DNA from: Clostridia bacterium
GTDB taxonomy: Bacteria > Bacillota > Clostridia > Lachnospirales > JAOARL01
Assembly: GCA_025210555.1 (NCBI GenBank)
Contig: JAOARL010000020.1
Coordinates: forward strand, 5,265 to 69,264
DNA length: 64,000 nt
Direction: 5' to 3'
Shown: positions 27,304 through 34,854 of the stretch, one piece after another
How the letters are laid out: each line of letters starts with the position of its first letter
Position numbering within the stretch: the first letter of the stretch is position 1
Made by a program: the position numbers and the translations under genes
Notes under the pieces: model-generated
Database searches by the model: none
Told to the model about the DNA's origin: nothing
What the model saw: only the letters and a program-made list of their open reading frames with translations

Positions 27304-28500
27304 ATGATAAGTGTAGGTATAGATGTATCGAAAGGTAAAAGCACTATATGTATACTAAAACCATATGGGGAAGTGCTCCAATCTGCAGTTGATATAGAGC
27401 ATACGGAAAGTGATCTCTTTGAATTAGTAACTAAGATAAAGAAATTTAGTGAAGAAGTAAAAGTTGTCATGGAAGCTACTGGAGCATATCATATGCCAAT
27501 TCTTATGTACTTAAATAATCAAGGTATATTTGTATCAGTGGTTAATCCGCTAGTCATGAAGAAGTATGGAGCTAAGAACTTAAGAAAAGGTAAAACGGAT
27601 AAGTTAGATGCTATAAAGATAGCTAAATATGGATTGGATAATTGGTTTGAACTGAAAGAATATAAATGTGAAGAGTTTAAGTACAAAGAGCTTAAAATAC
27701 TAGGTAGGCAATATGCGCATTACATTGGTATGAGAGTGGAGAGCAAGCAAACTATGAGCAAGATGTTAGATTATACAATGCCAGGAATAAAAAAACTTTT
27801 GAGTAATAACTCGCATAATCCTACAAGAGATAAGTTAAATGATTTTGTAGAGTGCTTTTGGCATTTTGATAATATAACAAAATATAGTGAAGAAGAATTT
27901 GTTGATGTTTATATAAAATGGGCAAAAGAAAAAAGATACCATCAAAGCGCTGCAAAGGCTAGAAAAATACATGCAGTAGCTATAGATGGCATCTCAACAT
28001 TAAGTTCTACTAATAATTCTACAAAATTATTAGTAGAAGAATCAGTTAGAGTTCTTCGCGAAATTGATCAAACTCTACTTAAAATTTTAACACAAATGAA
28101 AGAAATAGCAAAGACGCTTAAAGAGTATGATGTAGTAAGGGATATGGGAGGAGTAGGAGAAGTTTTAGCTGTTAGATTGATAGCTGAAATTGGTGATATT
28201 AATAAGTTTCATAGTAAAAAAGCATTGATTGCATATGCTGGAATAGATGCTCAGCCTTATCAGTCAGGACAATTTACAGGAGAGAGAAGAAGAATTTCTA
28301 AAAGGGGATCATCTGTATTAAGAAAAACAGGCTATGAAGTTATGGCAGCTTTAAAAACAGTTAAACCCAAAGAAGATTCGGCATATAAATACATATTAAA
28401 AAAAGAGTATGAAGGGAAGCCTAAGAAAGTAGCTAAGATAGCAGGATTGAACAAATTTTTGAGAATTTACTACGCGAGAGTAAAAGAAGTTTGTATGTAA
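27304..28500 (+). CDS. IS110 family transposase (DEDD recombinase)
   Basis: 398 aa; SD GGGAGG; MISVGIDVSKGKS N-terminus, MEATGAYH, C-terminal Transposase_20-like region (VGEVLAVRLIAEIGDINKF...AYAGIDAQPYQSGQ...ISKRGS). Confidence 0.9.
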   Translation: MISVGIDVSKGKSTICILKPYGEVLQSAVDIEHTESDLFELVTKIKKFSEEVKVVMEATGAYHMPILMYLNNQGIFVSVVNPLVMKKYGAKNLRKGKTDKLDAIKIAKYGLDNWFELKEYKCEEFKYKELKILGRQYAHYIGMRVESKQTMSKMLDYTMPGIKKLLSNNSHNPTRDKLNDFVECFWHFDNITKYSEEEFVDVYIKWAKEKRYHQSAAKARKIHAVAIDGISTLSSTNNSTKLLVEESVRVLREIDQTLLKILTQMKEIAKTLKEYDVVRDMGGVGEVLAVRLIAEIGDINKFHSKKALIAYAGIDAQPYQSGQFTGERRRISKRGSSVLRKTGYEVMAALKTVKPKEDSAYKYILKKEYEGKPKKVAKIAGLNKFLRIYYARVKEVCM

Positions 28501-28626
28501 AATAAAATAGCTAAATGGTTAGGTTATATTTTGATGACAAAAAATAAAATAATTATAATAACTTGACTTTATTTAGCAGGTTTTTGTGTTATAATATTCT
28601 TAATATAGTGTATTGGAGGAATAATT

Positions 28627-29118
28627 GTGAGAATAGGTAAATATAAGGTTAAATTTAGATTTTTAGTTATAGTAATAACATTACTATTTTTGCTTACTAA
28701 ATGCTTTGGAGGACCTACTAAGGTGTCAGTAGAAGATACTAAAGAGGCTGCTGAAGAAGTTATGTTATTTTATAGTAGTGTATCTATGAATTATGATGAA
28801 AACTTTACAAATCTTAATATTGATGGAGATGTAGAGGGATGGAAAGTTTACTATAAAGAGCAAGTAGAAGCGATAGAAAAATTTACTAGCGAAAATTTAA
28901 TTTATACTACAGATGTTGAGCTTATAGAGTATAAATATCAAAATTATAAAGATATTGCAGATGATCTTAAAAAGTATTCGTTAGAGCTTCTTAAGTTATA
29001 TGATAAAGCTATTGAAGCTGGAGAATATACAGAAGAAGATAGAATTAAAAAGATAGAATACTCTTCTTATATAGAAGATGGAGAAGCTTACATAGAGCGA
29101 AATATAACATTGAAATAG
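28627..29118 (+). CDS. hypothetical membrane-anchored or lipoprotein
   Basis: 163 aa; GTG start after GGAGGA; hydrophobic N-terminus ending LLTKC (possible lipobox). Confidence 0.5.
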   Translation: MRIGKYKVKFRFLVIVITLLFLLTKCFGGPTKVSVEDTKEAAEEVMLFYSSVSMNYDENFTNLNIDGDVEGWKVYYKEQVEAIEKFTSENLIYTTDVELIEYKYQNYKDIADDLKKYSLELLKLYDKAIEAGEYTEEDRIKKIEYSSYIEDGEAYIERNITLK

Positions 29119-29127
29119 GGGTGCGGT

Positions 29128-30324
29128 ATGAAAAAAGTTTTACTATCATTAGGATTATTTGTAGGAATAGTGTTAAGTTCTTATGCAGCTACTGATGTTT
29201 CAAGTAGTCACTGGGCATATGATTCTATCAATAGAGTTGTTAATGCTGGTTATATGAAATTAGATGCATCAGGTAGATTTAATCCAAAAGGAAATATCGA
29301 CAGATTTGAAGTTACTAGAATGTTAGCAAGTGCTGCTGGATATGATAAATTAAGCAGTGAGCAAGTGAATACAGTGTATGATAAGTATGCAAAAGATATT
29401 GATGTTTATGCAAATAGCAGAAGACATTGGCAAAATTCTTCAAATAAGCAAATTGCTTATTTGTTAGAGCAAAAAATATATTCAAATGGAACATTGCCTA
29501 CATTTGTAATTGTTACAGGTGATGGTAAACACTTAATTAGAAATCTTAGAAGAGAAGAGATGGCTGTTTATTTGGTTAGACTTATGGGTAAAGAAGATGA
29601 GGCTAAAAAAGCTAATTACGATATTGATATAACAGATATATCTTCTATCAGAAGTGATAAAGTTCCATACGTTAAGTATTTGGTGAAGGCTAAAATATTT
29701 AGCTTGAATTCAGAGGAGAAGTTTAGACCAAATGAAACTATGAAAAGAGCTGAAATGGCAATAGCATTAGATAAAATTATGAATGGAATAAATGTAAAAA
29801 CTGAAACAAAACCAGAACCAGTTAAAGAACCAGTTGAAGTTAAAAAAGAATTAGAGCAAGAAATTAATTTAGATGAGTATATTGATGGTAGTATAAAGAG
29901 TATACTTCCAAATAATAAATTTGTAGTAATATTAAATCCAGAAACTAAAAAAACAAAGTTATTTAAATTTGCAGAGGATGTAAATGTTTATATTGATGAT
30001 GTTAAGATGAGCAAAGTTGATTTAGAAGAAGGATCTAAAGTGAAATATATACTAAATGAAAAAAGCGTAAGTGAAATAAGAGTTTACTCTGAAAGTATTG
30101 AAAGCAAGCTTCCAGTAGTAGTTAAAGAAGATTCTAAAAATATGATTGGAGTAGTAAAAAAAGTTGTAATAGCGAGATCACCTATTTTATATGTAGAAGA
30201 AGATGGGATTGTGAGATATTATAAATTTTACGATGATAAAAATATTTTAGGACTTAGAACGGGCACAAAGTTAAGTTATAATAAAAAAGGTAAATTTATT
30301 GAAAATTTTAAAATAATAAAATAA
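29128..30324 (+). CDS. SLH-domain cell-surface protein (N-terminal SLH anchor)
   Basis: 398 aa; signal peptide ...SSYA/AT; TDVSSSHWAYDSINRVV and following SLH-like repeats; KPEPVKEPVEVKKE linker. Confidence 0.75.
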   Translation: MKKVLLSLGLFVGIVLSSYAATDVSSSHWAYDSINRVVNAGYMKLDASGRFNPKGNIDRFEVTRMLASAAGYDKLSSEQVNTVYDKYAKDIDVYANSRRHWQNSSNKQIAYLLEQKIYSNGTLPTFVIVTGDGKHLIRNLRREEMAVYLVRLMGKEDEAKKANYDIDITDISSIRSDKVPYVKYLVKAKIFSLNSEEKFRPNETMKRAEMAIALDKIMNGINVKTETKPEPVKEPVEVKKELEQEINLDEYIDGSIKSILPNNKFVVILNPETKKTKLFKFAEDVNVYIDDVKMSKVDLEEGSKVKYILNEKSVSEIRVYSESIESKLPVVVKEDSKNMIGVVKKVVIARSPILYVEEDGIVRYYKFYDDKNILGLRTGTKLSYNKKGKFIENFKIIK

Positions 30325-30441
30325 GGGCTAGCTCTTATTTTTTTGTTACAAAACAATTGCAATAGTTGAATAATGTAAATATAAATAGTATACTTTAAAA
30401 GTAAACATTTTGTTTACTCTTGAAAGGATGGAGGAGATTTT

Positions 30442-31602
30442 ATGAGTGTTAAGGATATTGGGAATAATATTCTATATTACTTGAAAGAGCAAAAGAAGAC
30501 CCAAGTTGACTTAGCCGAGGGCATAGGAACTTCGAAGCAGATTATAAATAAAATAGTTAAAGGGAAAAAAGCTTTGAGAGTTTCTGAAATATCAAAGATT
30601 GCAAATTATTTAAACGTAGATATAAAATTATTAATTGAAGGTAAGAACGATGAAATAAAAGAATCTTATCAAGCAGCGCTTTTATCAGGGAGAGTTAGAA
30701 AAGAAGATACGGTGAAAAGGATAATAAGTGTTGTAGAAAGATTAGAAGATATGCAAAATTCACTTATAATTAATAAGGTTATGGAAAAGAAAAAAAGCAT
30801 TGAAAATTATACTGATGAATTAGAGTTAGTTGTTAAGTATATAAAAGAGAGTCAGTATGGAATTATAAAGGATGATATATTTAGTATTCTTAAAGCTAGA
30901 GGATATTTGATATTTTTTCCAATGGATGAAGAAGATTTATATGGTATGTATTTAAGTAAGAATGGAGAAAACTATTATATAATAAATAGTTTATTAGAAA
31001 GAGAAAAACAAGTGTTTATAGCAGCGCATGAATTGGCACATAGCTATAAATTTGCTAAAGTTGAAGAAGAAATGATAACTAGTAGAGTAATTGAAAAATG
31101 TGTAAATGCACAGTGCGACAATAAGATTGAAAGTAAAGCCAACGAATTTGCTAGAAAGCTTTTAGTTGATGAAGAAATACTGAAAAAGGTATATAAAGAT
31201 ATTGACGAAAATGATGAAATTTTAAAAACATTAATGATTTCGTCAAAATTTTTAGTACCATATAAAATTATTGTAGAGCGATTATATGAGAGTAAAATTA
31301 TAGAATTAAGTGATAAGAATAAACTTTTAAAAATTGAAAAAGATGAACTTTTACAACTTGCAAGTACTGAAGAGTGTTGTAGATTGAATTATGAGAAAGT
31401 TAATCAAAATGTGGAACTTGGACAATATGTTAAAAAAGCAATAGAAATGTATGATAATGATCTTTACACATATAATAAATTGAAACAAGCATTAGAAATT
31501 ATAGAAAAGAAACCAGAAGAGTATGGAATAAAAGAAGATGAGTTTAATTATTATAGTGAGTTCAGTAAACAGAATAAGGGCGATGGTATATGTGAAAAAT
31601 AG
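30442..31602 (+). CDS. XRE-family HTH fused to ImmA/IrrE (M78, COG2856) metallopeptidase domain
   Basis: 386 aa; HTH TQVDLAEGIGTSKQIINKIVKGKKALRVSEISKIANYL; HEXXH in FIAAHELAHSY. Confidence 0.8.
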   Translation: MSVKDIGNNILYYLKEQKKTQVDLAEGIGTSKQIINKIVKGKKALRVSEISKIANYLNVDIKLLIEGKNDEIKESYQAALLSGRVRKEDTVKRIISVVERLEDMQNSLIINKVMEKKKSIENYTDELELVVKYIKESQYGIIKDDIFSILKARGYLIFFPMDEEDLYGMYLSKNGENYYIINSLLEREKQVFIAAHELAHSYKFAKVEEEMITSRVIEKCVNAQCDNKIESKANEFARKLLVDEEILKKVYKDIDENDEILKTLMISSKFLVPYKIIVERLYESKIIELSDKNKLLKIEKDELLQLASTEECCRLNYEKVNQNVELGQYVKKAIEMYDNDLYTYNKLKQALEIIEKKPEEYGIKEDEFNYYSEFSKQNKGDGICEK

Positions 31603-32200
31603 CGCCTTTATAGATACTGACATAGTAATTAAAATTGGAAACTACGAGGGCGAAGATTTACTGAAAAAAATATTAGGTAGTTATGATTATGATTTATATA
31701 TACATGAGTATATAATAAAAGAAGAATTATTGAGTTCTGAAAATGCAAAGAGACAGATAAATGAAATGATAGAAGAAGAAACTCTAAGAGTATTTCTTGA
31801 ATCAAGTTTAAATTTAGATGAAAAGATAGGGTACAGTCTTACTAAAGATTTACTTAGTAAGGATAGTGATAAAAAGCTGGATGATAAACCTCGAAAAAAT
31901 TTGGGTGAAATATTAAGTATGTCGGCAGCATATGTTAAAGGATACAGTTGTTTTATATCAGATGATAAAGAAGCAAAAATGTTTGCTAAAGATTATTTGA
32001 TATACGATTCAGGTGATAGTATAAAGGTCATAAATATGAAAGACATAGTTAAATATGTTTCAGATAATGAAAGTATGGGGATAAAGAGAAAAACTATGAA
32101 ACACTTATATATATCTTTGGGGTTAGGTTGTGAAGATAGGATTAAAAAATTAAAATTGGAATTTGAACAAATTTGGCCAGCGAAAATATTTAATGCATAA
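31583..32200 (+). CDS. PIN-like domain protein (DUF4411/DUF3368-like nuclease candidate)
   Basis: Overlaps upstream stop; start uncertain (ATG 31538, ATG 31583 or GTG 31592). Acidic PIN-type residues: AFIDTDIVIKIG near N-terminus, NLGEILSMSAAYVKGYSCFISDDKEAKMFAK. Confidence 0.55.
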   Translation: MVYVKNSAFIDTDIVIKIGNYEGEDLLKKILGSYDYDLYIHEYIIKEELLSSENAKRQINEMIEEETLRVFLESSLNLDEKIGYSLTKDLLSKDSDKKLDDKPRKNLGEILSMSAAYVKGYSCFISDDKEAKMFAKDYLIYDSGDSIKVINMKDIVKYVSDNESMGIKRKTMKHLYISLGLGCEDRIKKLKLEFEQIWPAKIFNA

Positions 32201-32226
32201 ATTTATTGAAAATTTTAAAATTATTA

Positions 32227-32256
32227 AGTAGAAGGAATTCCTTCTACTTTTTTTAC
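32227..32256 (+). terminator. intrinsic terminator
   Basis: 24-nt perfect palindrome aagtagaaggaattccttctactt followed by T-run. Confidence 0.85.
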
Positions 32257-32269
32257 AGAAATATTACAG
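32253..32269 (-). promoter_or_regulatory. perfect WalR box (TGTAAT-ATTTC-TGTAAA on minus strand) upstream of M23 hydrolase gene
   Basis: tttacagaaatattaca. Confidence 0.5.
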
Positions 32270-32319
32270 AGAGTACTTAAACCCTTGAAAACACTGGGTT
32301 TTAACAAGACTAAAAAAAG

Positions 32320-32349
32320 TTGCAAAAGCTTTACAAATCATCATATAAA
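32320..32349 (+). promoter_or_regulatory. possible promoter of M23 hydrolase gene (TTGCAA-18-TATAAA)
   Basis: TTGCAA 32320-32325, TATAAA 32344-32349. Confidence 0.35.
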
Positions 32350-32369
32350 TGGTAAAATAATACCGAAGT

Positions 32370-32386
32370 ATTACAGAAATGTTACA
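32370..32386 (-). promoter_or_regulatory. perfect WalR box (TGTAAC-ATTTC-TGTAAT on minus strand), same ATTTC spacer as the first box
   Basis: attacagaaatgttaca, ~40 nt upstream of the start codon. Confidence 0.5.
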
Positions 32387-32425
32387 AAACATTTTAATAA
32401 GTTAATAATTTGGAGGAAATCTATT

Positions 32426-33988
32426 ATGGATAATAATATAGGAAAGTCCCAGTGGAAAACCTATAGTAAAGACAAAGTGCAAACTAAGTCTAAGAAAAAG
32501 GTTAAGGTAAGAAATAAGAACAAATTTAAGTTCGCTGGTATACTTTCAATAGTTGCTTTAATGCTAGTGTGGTATTATAACCCAATAACTAGAACGGCAG
32601 CTTACAGCTTAGATCTTAATGGTGAGGAGGTATTAGTATCATCAGAAATAGAGAAGGCTGAAATACAAAAGAGGGTTGAAACTTCTTTGGAAGAAGAAAC
32701 TGGATACAATGTATCAGTTTCAGATAATCTTAATTGGAAAGATGTGAGAGTGTCTAAATCAAGTAAGATTTATGATATAGATAGTGCAGTTCCTGTTATA
32801 GCAGAAGCTATAGATTATAAAATTAAAGGATATGCAATTTCTGTAAATAAAAAAGAAGAAGCTAGATTCACTGATAAAGAAGAAGCAGAAATGTTAGTTA
32901 ATGAATTAAAAGAAGAGAACATAGAAGCTTATCTTATAAAAGAAGATGAAGAGTTTATTGTATATGCAGATTATGATTTTGTATTAAAGAGTAAAGAGGA
33001 TGCAGAAGGGGTAATTGAAAAGGTTAAATTAAATTCATATACACTAAAAAAAGATGAAAAAGAAGAAGATTTAATTATAGATTTTGAAGAAGATGTTGAA
33101 ATAACATTAGAAGAAGTAAAAGAAGAAGAAATATTAGAAGAAGATTCAGTTTTTGAAACATTAACAGCTGAAGCTTCAAAAGAGAAAAAAGTATATACTG
33201 TAGTAGCAGGAGATCACTTAGATATTATTGCTATAAAAAATAAAATTTCTAAATCAGATTTAATTAAATTAAATCCTGGTGTAACACCAACTAGTATAAT
33301 AAGAATTGGGCAAAAATTTAATTTAGAAGTTCCTAAGCCATTTTTAACAGTTGTTGTTAGAAAGAAAGTGTCTTTAGTAGACGATATTAAACCAGAAGTT
33401 AAAATTATACCTAGAGAAGATAGAAGTAAAGGATATAGTAAAATTATCCAAAAGGGATCTTTAGGAAAAAAAGAAATTGAAAAGTATATAGTATACAGAA
33501 ATGGTATTAAACAAGGTGAAGAAATAATAAAAGAAGAAATAACAAAAGAAGCTAAGACTGAAATTAGAGAAGAAGGAACTATTCCTACAAGCTCTAGAAA
33601 TGCAAAAGGGTCTTTTGAAACTCCAATAAGAGTAAGAAAAGTAATTTCTTCAAGATTTGGATATAGAACACTTAATGGTAGAAGAAATTTCCATTCAGGT
33701 GTAGATTTCGCAATTGATAAAGGGACTAATATATATGCAGCTAAAGAAGGTAAAGTAGCATTTAGTGGATGGAAAACGAATTATGGATATGTTGTTTATA
33801 TTGACCATGCTGGTGGATATCAAACAAGATATGCACATAATAGTAAATTATTAGTTAGAACTGGTGAAAAGGTTAAGAGAGGCGAAATAATTAGTAAATC
33901 AGGTAACTCAGGGAGAAGTACAGGACCACACTTACATTTTGAAATCAAAAAAGATGGTGTGTCTAAGAATCCTTTAAATTATTTATAA
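32426..33988 (+). CDS. M23 family peptidoglycan hydrolase with LysM and G5-like domains
   Basis: Start moved to ATG 32426 (GGAGG 9 nt upstream); TM anchor; LysM YTVVAGDHLDIIAIKN...IRIGQKFNL; G5-like module; HSGVDFA and GPHLHFEI M23 motifs. Confidence 0.85.
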   Translation: MDNNIGKSQWKTYSKDKVQTKSKKKVKVRNKNKFKFAGILSIVALMLVWYYNPITRTAAYSLDLNGEEVLVSSEIEKAEIQKRVETSLEEETGYNVSVSDNLNWKDVRVSKSSKIYDIDSAVPVIAEAIDYKIKGYAISVNKKEEARFTDKEEAEMLVNELKEENIEAYLIKEDEEFIVYADYDFVLKSKEDAEGVIEKVKLNSYTLKKDEKEEDLIIDFEEDVEITLEEVKEEEILEEDSVFETLTAEASKEKKVYTVVAGDHLDIIAIKNKISKSDLIKLNPGVTPTSIIRIGQKFNLEVPKPFLTVVVRKKVSLVDDIKPEVKIIPREDRSKGYSKIIQKGSLGKKEIEKYIVYRNGIKQGEEIIKEEITKEAKTEIREEGTIPTSSRNAKGSFETPIRVRKVISSRFGYRTLNGRRNFHSGVDFAIDKGTNIYAAKEGKVAFSGWKTNYGYVVYIDHAGGYQTRYAHNSKLLVRTGEKVKRGEIISKSGNSGRSTGPHLHFEIKKDGVSKNPLNYL

Positions 33989-34025
33989 AAAGAAGTCAGT
34001 TGGTAATTGCCAGCTGATTTTTTTG
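33988..34025 (+). repeat. 38-bp direct repeat copy 1 (terminator hairpin plus T7)
   Basis: aaaagaagtcagttggtaattgccagctgatttttttg; identical to 34745-34782. Confidence 0.9.
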
Positions 34026-34072
34026 ACAATTAGTTATCTTATATGATAACATTGGTTTGAAGGAGTGATTAT

Positions 34073-34432
34073 TTGAAAAATACTGTAGAATATTATATTG
34101 AGCCGAATGGCAAAATTCCTGTACTAGAGTTTTTGAAGAGCATAACAGCAAAAAATAGAGCAAAAGCAATTAAAGAAATTGAATTGCTAGAAGAGCATGG
34201 ATTTTATTTAGGTATGCCGCATGTGAAAAAGTTGCAAGGTGAAAAGTATAAGGGACTTTATGAATTAAGAATAAGAGTTGGTTCTGATTCTAGTAGAATA
34301 TTTTATTTTGTGTATGATGGTGATAAGTTTATATTGTTAAACGGTTTTATAAAAAAAGATAATAAGACTTCAAAGAGAGAATTGGAAAGGGCAATAAACT
34401 ATAAAAGTAATTATGAAAGAGGGTGTAATTAA
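34073..34432 (+). CDS. Gp49/DUF891-type RelE-fold toxin (HigB-like)
   Basis: 119 aa; TTG start after AAGGAG; NGKIPVLEFL...RIFYFVYDGDKFILLNGFIKK pattern. Confidence 0.7.
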   Translation: MKNTVEYYIEPNGKIPVLEFLKSITAKNRAKAIKEIELLEEHGFYLGMPHVKKLQGEKYKGLYELRIRVGSDSSRIFYFVYDGDKFILLNGFIKKDNKTSKRELERAINYKSNYERGCN

Positions 34433-34717
34433 ATGAAATGTAATAGTGTAAGAGCGAAAGATATTAATAAAGAGTTATTGAAAGATAAGGAAGTTATTAA
34501 GGAATATGATAAATTAAAAGTAAGATATGATATTGTTTCAGAAATTGTTAGAATAAGAGCAAAAGAAAATATAACGCAGGCTGAATTAGCATATAAAGTA
34601 GGAACACAAAAATCCAATATAAGTAGGTTAGAGAGTGGAAATTATAATCCTAGTATTGACTTTTTAAATAAAGTTGCAAGAGGTTTAGGTAAAGAATTGG
34701 TAGTGGAATTTAAATAA
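34433..34717 (+). CDS. XRE-family HTH antitoxin (HigA-like)
   Basis: 94 aa; starts immediately after toxin stop; ITQAELAYKVGTQKSNISRLESGNYNPSIDFLNKVARGLG. Confidence 0.75.
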   Translation: MKCNSVRAKDINKELLKDKEVIKEYDKLKVRYDIVSEIVRIRAKENITQAELAYKVGTQKSNISRLESGNYNPSIDFLNKVARGLGKELVVEFK

Positions 34718-34744
34718 TTAATTAAGAATTAGATAATAGCATAT

Positions 34745-34782
34745 AAAAGAAGTCAGTTGGTAATTGCCAGCTGATTTTTTTG
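34745..34782 (+). repeat. 38-bp direct repeat copy 2 (terminator hairpin plus T7)
   Basis: Identical 38-mer to 33988-34025. Confidence 0.9.
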
Positions 34783-34854
34783 TTTCAAACTATATAAAAA
34801 TAGAGTGAATGGGTGTATAATTAAAGTATATACGGATATTTAAGGGGGGATTAT

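Larger units (their letters stand above)
27050..28545 (+). mobile_element. IS110-family insertion sequence (ends approximate)
   Basis: Single DEDD-type transposase gene preceded by ~250 nt of structured, GC-richer non-coding DNA; no classical terminal inverted repeats, as usual for IS110; boundaries cannot be set by eye. Confidence 0.7.

Noticed and set aside
30345-30361. WalR-like sequence gttacaAAACAattgca upstream of the XRE-M78 gene
   Set aside because: There is one mismatch at a core position (attGca) and no defined promoter geometry. In this AT-rich DNA, single-mismatch sites are expected by chance.
32285-32425. 47-codon N-terminal extension of the M23 hydrolase ORF (track start 32285)
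   Set aside because: There is no SD at 32285. The extension covers the putative promoter and a WalR box. ATG 32426 has GGAGG at ideal spacing and is followed by a sensible cytoplasmic tail plus TM anchor.
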